Shown here: positions 8,754 to 17,699 of the stretch, piece by piece | Numbering within the stretch: position 1 is the stretch's first letter | Layout: each line of letters starts with the position of its first letter | NCBI GenBank assembly: GCA_025927685.1 | Contig: JAICKX010000001.1 | Location: 13,974-77,973, forward strand | Reading direction: 5' to 3' | Length of the DNA stretch: 64,000 nt | Source: Thermoleophilia bacterium | GTDB lineage: Bacteria; Actinomycetota; Thermoleophilia; Gaiellales; JAICJC01 | Notes under the pieces: generated by a model | What the model was told of the DNA's origin: nothing | Seen by the model: only the letters and a program-made list of their open reading frames with translations | Database searches by the model: none | Translations under genes and position numbers: made by a program

Positions 8754-10235
8754 TCAGTCCGCCAGGATCTCGCGGGCGGCGTTCTGGCCGGGGCCGCCGG
8801 TGACGCCGCCGCCGGGGTGCGCCCCCGAGCCGCACAGGTAGAGCCCGGGCACGGCCAGGCGGTAGCGCGCCAGGCCGAGCACCGGCCGCCAGGCGAAGAA
8901 CTGGTCGAGGCCGGGCTCCGCGTGGTAGACGTGGCCGCCGGAGAGGCCGAAGTCGCGCTCGATGAGCGCCGGCGTGAGCACGCGCCGGTCCGCGACGCTG
9001 CTCCCGATCCCGGGCGCGTGCCGCTCGAGCTCGGCGACCACGAGGTCGCCGACGGCATCCGGGTCGGCGTCGTGGGGAACCCACTGCGCGAGGACGTGCA
9101 TCGAGCCGTCGGAGATGGTGGCCTCGAGGTACGGGCGCTCGCTGAGCCCGCCGTACTTCCAGCAGTCGAACGCGCGCTCCACGTGGTCGATGCCGGGTGC
9201 GACGACGATCCGGCCGGCGAGGAGCTGCGGGTCGTCGACGCCGGAGAACGCCGGGGGGCCCGAGAGCCGCAGGTCGACGACCGCCGTCGCACCCGGGGTG
9301 CGGATGTTCCCGGCCCGCCAGCGCAGCCGCGGGCCGGCCTCCTCCGGGTCGAGCCAGCGCGTGAGCACGGTCTTCGGATCGACGCCGCATGCGACGACGG
9401 GGGCCTCGATCTCCTCTCCGGACGCCAGCGCCACGCCGTGGACGCGGCCGCCGCGGACGAGCACCCGCGCGACCTCGGCCCTCGTACGGATCGTGGCGCC
9501 GGCCGCCGTGGCGGCGGACTCGATCGCTGCGGCCAGCGCCGCCGGTCCGCTCGTCGCGAAGGCGGTCTGCCCGGCCGCCCCACCGTCGTTTCCGGCGGAG
9601 TCGGCCAGGAGCACCGCCGTGGTGCCGGCCGACCACGGCCCCATGGCGGTGAAGAGCGACCCCCGCGCGGCCAGGGCGGCGCGCACGGCGTCCGTGGCGA
9701 ACCACTCACCGACGAAGTCCGCCGCCGCCATCGGCAGCGCCCGCGTCAGCTCCCGGGCCGAGCGCGAGTCCAGCCGCCGGTAGGCGCGCGCCAGCCGCAG
9801 TCCCGCCTGCCAGTCGCCGAGGGCGCCGGCGTCGAGGCGCGGCGGCGTTATCTCGGCCAGCTCGCCGAGGAACCGGGCGAGCACGCGCACGTGGGCGTCG
9901 AATCGCGGATAGGCCGTGGCGTCGGCGCCCGAGACCGCCGCCAGGCCCTCGGCCGTGCGGCCCGGATCCGCCCAGAACGCGACGGGCGCGCCGCCCTCGC
10001 GGAGCGCCAGCATGCGGATCGGGGGCCGGGCCAGCTCCAGGCCGTGGCGCTCCAGCTCGAGCTCGGCGACGAGGGCCGGCCGCAGCCTCCCGACCGTCGA
10101 GACCACGCCGTCGAGGATCCCGCCGGTGCGCTCCCGCCGCTCCACCACGAGCACGCGGCGGCCGGCCCGGGCCAGGAGCGCCGCGCAGACCAGGCCGTTG
10201 TGCCCGCCGCCGGCGACGATCGCGTCGTAGCTCAC
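8754..10235 (-). CDS. FAD/NAD(P)-binding oxidoreductase, phytoene-desaturase-like (COG1233 / PYROXD2-like), paralog B
   Basis: GTG start at 10235 gives VSYDAIVAGGGHNGLVCAALLARAG (dinucleotide-binding GGGxNG). C-terminal LYLCGSGAHPGGGVTG. The start overlaps the upstream stop in GTGA. Confidence 0.85.
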   Translation of the reverse strand: MSYDAIVAGGGHNGLVCAALLARAGRRVLVVERRERTGGILDGVVSTVGRLRPALVAELELERHGLELARPPIRMLALREGGAPVAFWADPGRTAEGLAAVSGADATAYPRFDAHVRVLARFLGELAEITPPRLDAGALGDWQAGLRLARAYRRLDSRSARELTRALPMAAADFVGEWFATDAVRAALAARGSLFTAMGPWSAGTTAVLLADSAGNDGGAAGQTAFATSGPAALAAAIESAATAAGATIRTRAEVARVLVRGGRVHGVALASGEEIEAPVVACGVDPKTVLTRWLDPEEAGPRLRWRAGNIRTPGATAVVDLRLSGPPAFSGVDDPQLLAGRIVVAPGIDHVERAFDCWKYGGLSERPYLEATISDGSMHVLAQWVPHDADPDAVGDLVVAELERHAPGIGSSVADRRVLTPALIERDFGLSGGHVYHAEPGLDQFFAWRPVLGLARYRLAVPGLYLCGSGAHPGGGVTGGPGQNAAREILAD

Positions 10236-11821
10236 CGGCTGCTCCGCGACCTCAGGTGCTCGAGGGCGGCGATCCGGCCCGGCGCGCCCATGAGCCCGCC
10301 GCCGGGGTGCGCCGCCGACCCGCACATCCAAAGGCCGTGCACCGGCGTGCGGTACCGGGCCCAGCCGGGCACCGGCCGGTTGAAGAAGAGCTGCTCCAGC
10401 GACAGCTCGCCCTGGAAGATGTTGCCCTCGGAGAGCCCGATCCGCTGCTCGATGTCGAGCGGCGAGAGCACCTGCTCGCCCACGATCAGGTCGCGGATGT
10501 TGGGGGCCCGCTCGGCCAGCGTGTCGACCACGGTGTCGCGGAACGCCTGCCGGTGGGCGTCGTCCCAGGCCCCGCCGTCGGCCAGGTGGTACGGCGCGTA
10601 CTGGACGAAGCAGCTCATGACGTGCTTGCCGGGCGGCGCCATCGCCGGGTCGACCAGCGTGGGGATGATGGCGTCGATGTAGGGCCGGCGGGAGAAGCGG
10701 CCGTACTTGGCGTCGTCGTACGCGCGCTCCATGTAGTCCACCGACGGCGAGAAGCTGATGGCGCCGCGCAGGTGCTCGCCCCGGCCGGGGAGGCAGGTGA
10801 ACTCCGGCAGCCCGTCGAGCGCCAGGTTCACCTTCCCGGACGAGCCGCGGAAGCGGTAGCGGCGGACGTCCGCGGCGAACTGGCCGTCCAGCACACCGGG
10901 CTCGAGCAGGTCGAGGAACGTGACGCGCGGGTCGGCGCTCGAGAGGACGGCGTCCGCCTCGATGGTCTCGCCCGACCGGAGCGTCACCCCGACCGCCCGC
11001 CCGCCGCGCACGTCGATCGCCGCGACCGGCGCCTCGGTGCGGATCTCCGCGCCCTGGGCCCGGGCGGCCGAGGCGATCGCGAGGCTGACGCCGCCGGTGC
11101 CGCCACGCGGGATGCCCCAGGCCCGGAACGCCCCGTCGATCTCGCCCATGTAGTGGTGCAGGAGCACGTAGGCCGTGCCGGGCGAGCGGACGCCCTGGAA
11201 CGTGCCGATGATGCCCGACGCGGCCATGGTGGCCTTGAGCGGGTCGGTCTCGAACCACTGGTCGAGGAAGTCGGCGGCGCTCATCGTCATGAGCTGGATG
11301 AACGTGTCGCGCTGCCGGCGCGGAAGGCCGGCGAAGCGGCGCGCCAGCGGCGCGAGCGAGACCCACTCGGCCGGCCGGATCCGGCCCTGGTCGCCCGGCA
11401 CCGCCGACAGGATCGGCTTGATGAACCGGGCCATCTGCGCCATGAGGATGCCGTACTCCTCGTACGCCTCCGCGTCGGTGAGCGACCAGCGGCGCAGCTC
11501 GCGCACCGTGCGGCCGTGGTCGTTCAGGCGCCACAGGTGGTCGCCCTCGAGCGGCGTGAAGGTGCCGTCCAGGGGCAGGATGGCGAGACCGTGCCGGGGC
11601 AGCTCGAGGTCGCGGACGATCTCGGGGCGAAGGAGCGACACGACGTACGAGGCGACGCTGAACCGGAACCCGGGCACGATCTCCTCCGTGACGGCCGCGC
11701 CGCCGAGCACGTCGCGCCGCTCGAGCACGACGACCCGCAACCCGGCGCGCGCCAGGTACGCCGCGCAGACCAGGCCGTTGTGACCGCCCCCGATGACGAT
11801 CGCGTCGTAGCGCTCCTGCAT
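10232..11821 (-). CDS. FAD/NAD(P)-binding oxidoreductase, phytoene-desaturase-like (COG1233 / PYROXD2-like), paralog A
   Basis: 529 aa. MQERYDAIVIGGGHNGLVCAAYLARAGLRVVVLERRDVLGGAAVTEEIVPGFRFSVASYVVSLLRPEI matches my memory of the PYROXD2-type N-terminus. C-terminal LWMCGSAAHPGGGLMG. Confidence 0.88.
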   Translation of the reverse strand: MQERYDAIVIGGGHNGLVCAAYLARAGLRVVVLERRDVLGGAAVTEEIVPGFRFSVASYVVSLLRPEIVRDLELPRHGLAILPLDGTFTPLEGDHLWRLNDHGRTVRELRRWSLTDAEAYEEYGILMAQMARFIKPILSAVPGDQGRIRPAEWVSLAPLARRFAGLPRRQRDTFIQLMTMSAADFLDQWFETDPLKATMAASGIIGTFQGVRSPGTAYVLLHHYMGEIDGAFRAWGIPRGGTGGVSLAIASAARAQGAEIRTEAPVAAIDVRGGRAVGVTLRSGETIEADAVLSSADPRVTFLDLLEPGVLDGQFAADVRRYRFRGSSGKVNLALDGLPEFTCLPGRGEHLRGAISFSPSVDYMERAYDDAKYGRFSRRPYIDAIIPTLVDPAMAPPGKHVMSCFVQYAPYHLADGGAWDDAHRQAFRDTVVDTLAERAPNIRDLIVGEQVLSPLDIEQRIGLSEGNIFQGELSLEQLFFNRPVPGWARYRTPVHGLWMCGSAAHPGGGLMGAPGRIAALEHLRSRSSR

Positions 11822-11830
11822 CGCGGCGCG

Positions 11831-12805
11831 ATGCTAGATGATCCACCGATGTCCTCCGAACGCTTGCCCGGGCCGCTCACGCTCACCGACGGTGGGATGG
11901 AGACGGCGCTCCACTTCCACCAGGGCGTCGACCTCCCGTGCTTCGCGGCGTTCCCGCTGGTCGAGACCGAGGAGGGGCGCGAGTCGCTGCGCGCGTACTT
12001 CCGGCCGTACCTCGACCTGGCTCGCGACCGCGGCCTCCCGTTCGTCCTGGACGCGCCGACGTGGCGCGCGAACGCGGACTGGGGGGATGAGCTCGGCTAC
12101 GACGCCGGGGCGCTCGCCGCCGTGAACCGGCGCGCGGTCGAATTCGTCGACGAGCTGCGGCGGGAGGCGGTGCGGGCGGGCGGCCCGCCGATCGTGACCG
12201 AGGCGCTCGTCGGGCCGCGCGGCGACGGTTATGCGCCGGGCCGGATGATGTCGGCGCGGGAGGCGGAGGAGTACCACGCGCCGCAGCTTCGGGCGTTCGC
12301 GGACGCGGCGGCCGACCAGGTGGCGGCGATGACGATCGCCCACGCGGACGAGGCCGTGGGCATCGTCCGCGCTGCCCGTGCCGTGCGGCTCCCGGTCACG
12401 GTGGGGTTCACGCTCGAGACCGACGGCCGGCTCCCGAGCGGCCAGCCGCTTGCCGCCGCCGTCGAGCAGGTCGATCGCGAGACCGACGGCGCAGCGGAGC
12501 GCTTCATGCTGAACTGCGCGCACCCGGCCCACTTCGCCGGTGTGCTCGCCGCGGGCGGCGCCTGGCGCGACCGGATCGGGGCGGTGCGCGCGAACGCGTC
12601 GATGCTGAGCCACGCCGAGCTCGACGAGGCCGCGGAGCTCGACGAGGGCGACCCGGACGACCTCGCGGTCCGCTACCTCGCCCTGCGCGACCTGCTGCCG
12701 AGCCTCGAGGTCGTCGGCGGCTGCTGCGGCACGGACATCCGCCACGTGACCGCGATCTGCGACGCGTGGCTGGCCCGGCCATCATCTACTCTGCCGCGGC
12801 GATGA
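11831..12805 (+). CDS. Homocysteine S-methyltransferase-domain protein (PF02574-like)
   Basis: LTDGGMETALHF near the N-terminus and the zinc-site motif VVGGCCGT near the C-terminus. The start is ATG 11831 or ATG 11849. The stop overlaps the next start in ATGA. Confidence 0.8.
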   Translation: MLDDPPMSSERLPGPLTLTDGGMETALHFHQGVDLPCFAAFPLVETEEGRESLRAYFRPYLDLARDRGLPFVLDAPTWRANADWGDELGYDAGALAAVNRRAVEFVDELRREAVRAGGPPIVTEALVGPRGDGYAPGRMMSAREAEEYHAPQLRAFADAAADQVAAMTIAHADEAVGIVRAARAVRLPVTVGFTLETDGRLPSGQPLAAAVEQVDRETDGAAERFMLNCAHPAHFAGVLAAGGAWRDRIGAVRANASMLSHAELDEAAELDEGDPDDLAVRYLALRDLLPSLEVVGGCCGTDIRHVTAICDAWLARPSSTLPRR

Positions 12806-13998
12806 CTGCCCTCTCGCCCTTCCATGCCCGCACCGCCGGCCTGAACGCCAAGCAGTCCTGGTTGGAGTGGGCCACCTACCTGGCGCCCGCCGGCTACGCC
12901 GACATGCACGACATCGAGTACACGGCGGTCCGCGAGGCGGCCGCGGTGTTCGACGTCTCGCCGCTCTGCAAGTACGTCGTCTCGGGCCCGGACGCGGTCC
13001 GGCTCGTCGACCGGGTGATCACACGCGACGCCGCGCGGCTCGAGGTGGGCCAGGTGGCCTACACGCCGTGGTGTGACGAGGCCGGCAAGGTGATCGACGA
13101 CGGCACCGTGGCCCGCCTCGACGAGACCCGCTTCCGGTGGACGGCGGCCGATCCCCAGTACCGCTGGCTTCGCATGAACGCGGCCGGCCTCGACGTCGAG
13201 ATCGAGGACGTGACCGACGCCGTGGCCGCGCTCGCGCTCCAGGGCCCGCGCTCGCGCGGCGTCCTCGAGGCCGCGACGGGCGAGGAGTGGGGCAGCCTGC
13301 GCTACTTCCGGCGGCGGGCGTGCGTGATCGCCGGCGTCGACGTGGACGTCAGCCGCACCGGGTACACGGGCGACCTGGGGTACGAGCTCTGGATCCCGGC
13401 GGCCGCCGCCGTCGCGGTCTGGGACGCGCTCTTCGCGGCGGGCGAGCAGCACGGCATCCGCCCGGCGGGGCTCCGGGCGCTCGACGTCGTCCGCGTGGAG
13501 GCCGGCCTCATCCTGATCGAGGTCGACTACACGAGCGCGTTCCGGGCGACGACGTCCGACCACGAGTACTCCCCGTTCGAGATCGGCCTGGGCCGGCTCG
13601 TGAACTTCGAGAAGCCGAGCTTCGTCGGCCGCCGGGCGCTCCTGCGGGAGCGAAGCCGCGGCGGGCCGCGCCGCCGGCTGGTCGGGCTCGAGCTCGACTG
13701 GATCGGCATCGAGCGGGCGTTCGCGAAGCACGACCTGCCGCCGGCCGTCTCGGCCACGGTCTCCCGGGAGCCGGTGCCGGTGCTCAGCCGCCGCGGGCAG
13801 GTCGGCCGGGCGACGAGCACCTGCTGGTCGCCGCTGCTCAAGAAGATGGTGGCGCTGGCGTCGGTGGGCCCGCGCCACTCCGAGGCGGGGACGCCGCTCG
13901 AGGTCGAGTGGTCGGTGGAGGGCGAGCGCGGGCGGGTCGGCGCGACCGTGGTCGAGCTGCCGTTCCTCGACCTGCCGCGCCGCCGCGCGATCGTGTAG
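12802..13998 (+). CDS. Aminomethyltransferase-family protein (GcvT-like folate-binding T-protein fold)
   Basis: EYTAVREAAAVFDVSPLCKYVVSGPDA, LALQGPRSR, SRTGYTGDLGYELW and VVRVEAGL are typical of the GcvT/DmdA/DMGDH C-terminal domain family. Confidence 0.85.
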   Translation: MTALSPFHARTAGLNAKQSWLEWATYLAPAGYADMHDIEYTAVREAAAVFDVSPLCKYVVSGPDAVRLVDRVITRDAARLEVGQVAYTPWCDEAGKVIDDGTVARLDETRFRWTAADPQYRWLRMNAAGLDVEIEDVTDAVAALALQGPRSRGVLEAATGEEWGSLRYFRRRACVIAGVDVDVSRTGYTGDLGYELWIPAAAAVAVWDALFAAGEQHGIRPAGLRALDVVRVEAGLILIEVDYTSAFRATTSDHEYSPFEIGLGRLVNFEKPSFVGRRALLRERSRGGPRRRLVGLELDWIGIERAFAKHDLPPAVSATVSREPVPVLSRRGQVGRATSTCWSPLLKKMVALASVGPRHSEAGTPLEVEWSVEGERGRVGATVVELPFLDLPRRRAIV

Positions 13999-14001
13999 GC
14001 G

Positions 14002-14781
14002 ATGGCACGCCCTGCGACGCACCACGACTGCGCCCGCGCGCTCTGGCTGCTCGGGCTCGAGCCGCCGGTCACGGCCGCCCAGCTGCAGACGGCCTACCGG
14101 GCCCGGATCGCCCAGGCCCACCCGGATCTCCACCTCGAGTCCGAGGCCCGCACGGAGGCCGCCAATGTGCTGAGCCGCGCGCTGAACGCGGCGCGCGACC
14201 TGGTCGCCGACTGGATCGCCTCCGAGCGCGACTGGCCCGCATTGGCCGGGCGGGCGCCGGCGGCGGCGACTGGCGCAGCCGCACCGGTCGCCGCGCCGGT
14301 CTGCCGCCGCACCGGGCTGCGGGCGGGCGACCTCGTCCGGGTGTGGCCGTACGACGGGGGCCTGGAGGTGGTGGCGGGCACCGAGCCCGACCGCGACCGC
14401 GCGTGGGTGATCCTCCAGGACCGCGGTGCCGTTCGCTCCGAACGGGTGATGCTGGCCGCCTACCAGTGCCCTGCCTGCGGGCGCTGCGCCGGTCCGGCGG
14501 TGGAGCATCCGGTGCTGCGCCCGTGCCCGGAGTGCCTGACCGACCTGCGCGCGCTGGAGCGGCGGCCGGCCGAGACGCGCCGCGTGCGAAGCGCGATCGA
14601 GGCCCGCGCGGAGGCGGGGCTGGCCGAGGCCCGGGCGCTTCGGGACGAGCGGCTCGAGCAGCGGGCCGAGGCCCGGCGGCGCTGGGCGCGCAGCCTTCGC
14701 CGCGCCGGGCCCGACGACCTTCGCGCCGCGCTTGTGTCCGCGTTCACCAATGCCTTCGACCGGTGGACCGCGCCGGTGTAG
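14002..14781 (+). CDS. J-domain protein with a CxxC...CxxC zinc-ribbon-like motif
   Basis: LGLEPPVTAAQLQTAYRARIAQAHPDLH contains the HPD tripeptide in a J-domain context, followed later by CPACGRC...CPEC. 259 aa. Confidence 0.7.
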   Translation: MARPATHHDCARALWLLGLEPPVTAAQLQTAYRARIAQAHPDLHLESEARTEAANVLSRALNAARDLVADWIASERDWPALAGRAPAAATGAAAPVAAPVCRRTGLRAGDLVRVWPYDGGLEVVAGTEPDRDRAWVILQDRGAVRSERVMLAAYQCPACGRCAGPAVEHPVLRPCPECLTDLRALERRPAETRRVRSAIEARAEAGLAEARALRDERLEQRAEARRRWARSLRRAGPDDLRAALVSAFTNAFDRWTAPV

Positions 14782-14819
14782 ACTCGCCCGGCCTGGCGCG
14801 GCCAATCGAAGGAGGATCG

Positions 14820-15941
14820 ATGCATCGGACCAGCGTGCGGATGAACCGCCGCGAGGTGCTCGGGCTGGGGGCGCTGGCACTCGGCGCGGCGGCCTGCGGC
14901 GGCTCGACCGGCGGGGGCGGCGCATCGGCGTCCTCGCAGTCCCTCTCGGGCAAGAAGCTCGAGGGCACGCTCAAGTTCTACAACTGGGCCCAGTACGTGA
15001 ATCCGGTGAACCCGAAGGCGTACGAGGCCGCCACGGGCGTCAACTTCGAGGAATCGAACTTCACCTCGAACGAGCAGCTGCTGACGAAGCTCCAGACGAC
15101 GAAGGGCCAGAAGGTCTACGACATCATCGTGCCCGACGCCGACCACGTCCGGATCGAGAAGGACCTCGGGCTCCTGATGAAGCTCGACCACAGCCTCATC
15201 CCGAACCTGAAGAACCTCGCGCCGCACTGGACGCAGATCTCGTACGACCCGGGCAACGTGTACTCGGTCGTGAAGGACACCGGCATCACCTGCTTCACGC
15301 TTCGCACCGACACCGTGAAGACCGAGCTGCACACCTGGAAGGACTTCTTCGACTTCCTGCCGCATGCTGGCAACCTGACCGTGAACTTCATCGAGAGCCC
15401 GTCCGAGGTGATCGGCGTGGCGCTGAACAGCCTCGGCTACTCGATGAACACCGATGACGAGGGCCAGCTCTCGGAGGTGCGCGAGCTCCTGCTGAAGGTG
15501 AAGCCGTACGTCGACACCGTGAACGAGGTCTACGTGAACGACTTCCAGGCCGGCAAGATCGATCTGGGCATCACGTACTCCGGCGACGGCCTGCGGATCC
15601 AGGCGGCCCGCAAGAAGGACGGCGACATCGCCGTCATCGCGCCCGAGGGCAGGTCCGAGATCTGGACCGACAACTGGGCGATCTCGGCCTACGCGCCGGA
15701 TCCGGTGGCCGCGCACGCCTGGATCAACTTCATCCTCCAGCCCGACGTGAACGCGAAGGAGATGGAGTACGTCGCGTACGAGGTGGGGACGCCGGCCTCC
15801 TACCCGATCGTCGGGGAGCTGGCCAAGAACCCGCTCGTCGTCTTCCCTGACCGCATCCTGAACGAGTACGAGATCCTCGAGACGACGCCCGAGCGCCAGA
15901 ACACGCGCCAGCAGATCTGGAACCAGTTCAAGGCCGCGTAG
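14820..15941 (+). CDS. Spermidine/putrescine-type ABC substrate-binding lipoprotein (PotD/PotF family), orphan
   Basis: SD GAAGGAGGA precedes ATG 14820. Signal and lipobox: LGLGALALGAAACGG. The body matches the PotD-like pattern (FYNWAQY, DIIVPD, WTDNWAI). No permease or ATPase gene is adjacent. Confidence 0.85.
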   Translation: MHRTSVRMNRREVLGLGALALGAAACGGSTGGGGASASSQSLSGKKLEGTLKFYNWAQYVNPVNPKAYEAATGVNFEESNFTSNEQLLTKLQTTKGQKVYDIIVPDADHVRIEKDLGLLMKLDHSLIPNLKNLAPHWTQISYDPGNVYSVVKDTGITCFTLRTDTVKTELHTWKDFFDFLPHAGNLTVNFIESPSEVIGVALNSLGYSMNTDDEGQLSEVRELLLKVKPYVDTVNEVYVNDFQAGKIDLGITYSGDGLRIQAARKKDGDIAVIAPEGRSEIWTDNWAISAYAPDPVAAHAWINFILQPDVNAKEMEYVAYEVGTPASYPIVGELAKNPLVVFPDRILNEYEILETTPERQNTRQQIWNQFKAA

Positions 15942-15945
15942 CGGG

Positions 15946-16695
15946 ATGGACGGCCGGACGCGTCGCGTGCTCGTCGCCGCCGTGGCAGCGGCCGCCCTGC
16001 TCGGGGCGGGCGCTGCCGCGGCGTCCGCCCAGGTCACGGTCGTGCTCGACCCGGGCCACAACCGCTACCCGAACCTGGGCTACGAGCCGATCGGGCCCGG
16101 CTCGTCCACGCTGAAGATCAAGGACGGCGGCGGGACGCACGGGTCCGTCACCGGCCAGTCGGAGGCAACGGTCGTCCTGCGCATCGCGCGGCGGCTGCGA
16201 ACGCTGCTTCGCGCCGACGGCCTCCACGTCGTCATGACCCGGCAGCGGACGTGCTGCCGCAGCAAGGGCAACATCGCCCGGGCGGAGATCGCAAACCACG
16301 CGCACGCCGCGCTCTTCCTCCGCATCCACGCCGACGGCTCGACCGACCACTCGGTGCGGGGCACGTCGATGCTCTATCCGGCCCTGCACGCGGGGTGGAC
16401 GGACGACATCGATGGCCGCAGCCGCCAGGCGGCCCGGATCGTCCAGTCCCGGCTCCTGCGCTGGCTGGGATGGCCCGACCGCGGCCTCGTCGCGCGCGGC
16501 GACCTGACCGGGTTCAACTGGGCCGACGTGCCGGCCATCCTCACAGAGGTCGGCTTCCTCACGAACCCGGGCGAGGACCGGGCGCTCGCGCGACGGCGGA
16601 CGGTGAGGCGGATCGCGCGCGGGTTGGAGGGCGGCGTGCTCCATTACCTCGAGGCGCGCGGCCTGCGCTACCATACGGCTCGTACAGGATCGTGA
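15946..16695 (+). CDS. N-acetylmuramoyl-L-alanine amidase (Amidase_3 family), secreted
   Basis: Signal peptide, VVLDPGHN, FLRIHADG and PAILTEVGFLTNPGE are hallmark Amidase_3 motifs. Confidence 0.85.
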   Translation: MDGRTRRVLVAAVAAAALLGAGAAAASAQVTVVLDPGHNRYPNLGYEPIGPGSSTLKIKDGGGTHGSVTGQSEATVVLRIARRLRTLLRADGLHVVMTRQRTCCRSKGNIARAEIANHAHAALFLRIHADGSTDHSVRGTSMLYPALHAGWTDDIDGRSRQAARIVQSRLLRWLGWPDRGLVARGDLTGFNWADVPAILTEVGFLTNPGEDRALARRRTVRRIARGLEGGVLHYLEARGLRYHTARTGS

Positions 16696-16706
16696 CAGGA
16701 GGCACG

Positions 16707-17138
16707 ATGCGCGTCAGCGCGATCATGCAGACCGACCTGGTCACGACCGCGCCGGATGCGGCCGTGGTGGATGTGGCCCGCCTCCTCACGGAGCGGCGGG
16801 TGGGGGCATGCCTCGTGCTCGAGCACGGCGAGCTGGCCGGCATCTTCACCGAGCGCGACCTTCTGCGCCTGGTTGCGTCGGGGGCCGACGTGCGCGACCG
16901 GCCGGTGCGCGAGGCGATGGCGACCGACCTCACGTTCGCGCACCCGGACGCCGACCTGCTGTGGGCGGCCGAGACGATGCGCCGCCTCGGCGTTCGCCAC
17001 CTGCCGGTGGGCGAGGGCAGGCAGGCGGTAGGGATCATCTCGATCCGCGATCTCTACGCGGCGGCGGAGGCCGTGCTGCGGCTCGACCCGCGCGGCGCGG
17101 ACGCCGCCCGCGACATGCTCGCGGCGGCGAGCCACTGA
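16707..17138 (+). CDS. CBS-domain pair protein
   Basis: SD AGGAGG lies upstream of the start. Two CBS-like units are present (MQTDLVTTAPDA...VGACLVLE; AMATDLTFAHPD...RHLPVGEG...GIISIRDL). Confidence 0.85.
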   Translation: MRVSAIMQTDLVTTAPDAAVVDVARLLTERRVGACLVLEHGELAGIFTERDLLRLVASGADVRDRPVREAMATDLTFAHPDADLLWAAETMRRLGVRHLPVGEGRQAVGIISIRDLYAAAEAVLRLDPRGADAARDMLAAASH

Positions 17139-17158
17139 GCGACGAAAGGAGCGGGGCC

Positions 17159-17431
17159 ATGCAGGGACGAGACGACGCGTACGCAATCCGGATCGGGCTT
17201 CTGGCGGTGGTCGCCTTCATGTCGTGGCCGGTGTGGCTCGCCATCGTGGCGGGCCAGCATCGGTTCACGACGGCCGTCGGGCTCTCGGCGCTCGTCCCGC
17301 TCACCCTGACGCTGATGGTGCCGGCGTTCGCCTTCCACGCGGGCGGCTACCTGCACCGCGGCCTGGTCTCGCTGGAGCACCGGCTCCACCTCGACACCTT
17401 CATCGATCACCACCTGCACCGCCACGCCTAG
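17159..17431 (+). CDS. Small membrane protein with a His-rich tail
   Basis: SD AAAGGAG. 90 aa with 2-3 hydrophobic segments. The C-terminus is LEHRLHLDTFIDHHLHRHA. Confidence 0.6.
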   Translation: MQGRDDAYAIRIGLLAVVAFMSWPVWLAIVAGQHRFTTAVGLSALVPLTLTLMVPAFAFHAGGYLHRGLVSLEHRLHLDTFIDHHLHRHA

Positions 17432-17454
17432 CGGCGGCGCTGGAACGCCGCCGC
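17431..17454 (+). terminator. Stem-loop GCGGCGGCG-ctggaa-CGCCGCCGC immediately after the stop codon
   Basis: Perfect 9-bp GC stem that starts within the TAG stop of 17159..17431. There is no U-tract. Confidence 0.45.
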
Positions 17455-17455
17455 T

Positions 17456-17520
17456 GGGGTCTGACCCCGCAATTGCAGCAGGCGCGAAGCGCCGCAGCTG
17501 CGATGGAGGGGTCTGACCCC
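17456..17520. repeat. Two copies of the palindromic 13-mer GGGGTCTGACCCC (17456-17468 and 17508-17520)
   Basis: Exact 13-nt copies 52 nt apart. Two further copies form the hairpin at 17700-17728. Confidence 0.8.
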
Positions 17521-17699
17521 GTCGTTGCGCGGCGCAGCCGGGCAACGTCCGGCCCGAAGGGCCGGCACCGCTGCCCTGCCACCAGCGGAGCCCGGGTTGC
17601 ACCGCTGCGCGGAGCGCAGGTGCAACGCGGGCGGGCGGTCCCGAAGGCCCGCCACCACGTTTCGTGAAACCCGGGCGCCCACCAGCGAGGCGAACCCAT

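Noticed and set aside
8754-11846. A single 1030-aa fusion ORF spanning both PYROXD2-like genes.
   Set aside because: Only the C-terminal 493 aa (from GTG 10235) look like protein. The N-terminal part is a shadow frame of the separate 529-aa gene (10232-11821), which is in another frame and ends in a GTGA overlap.
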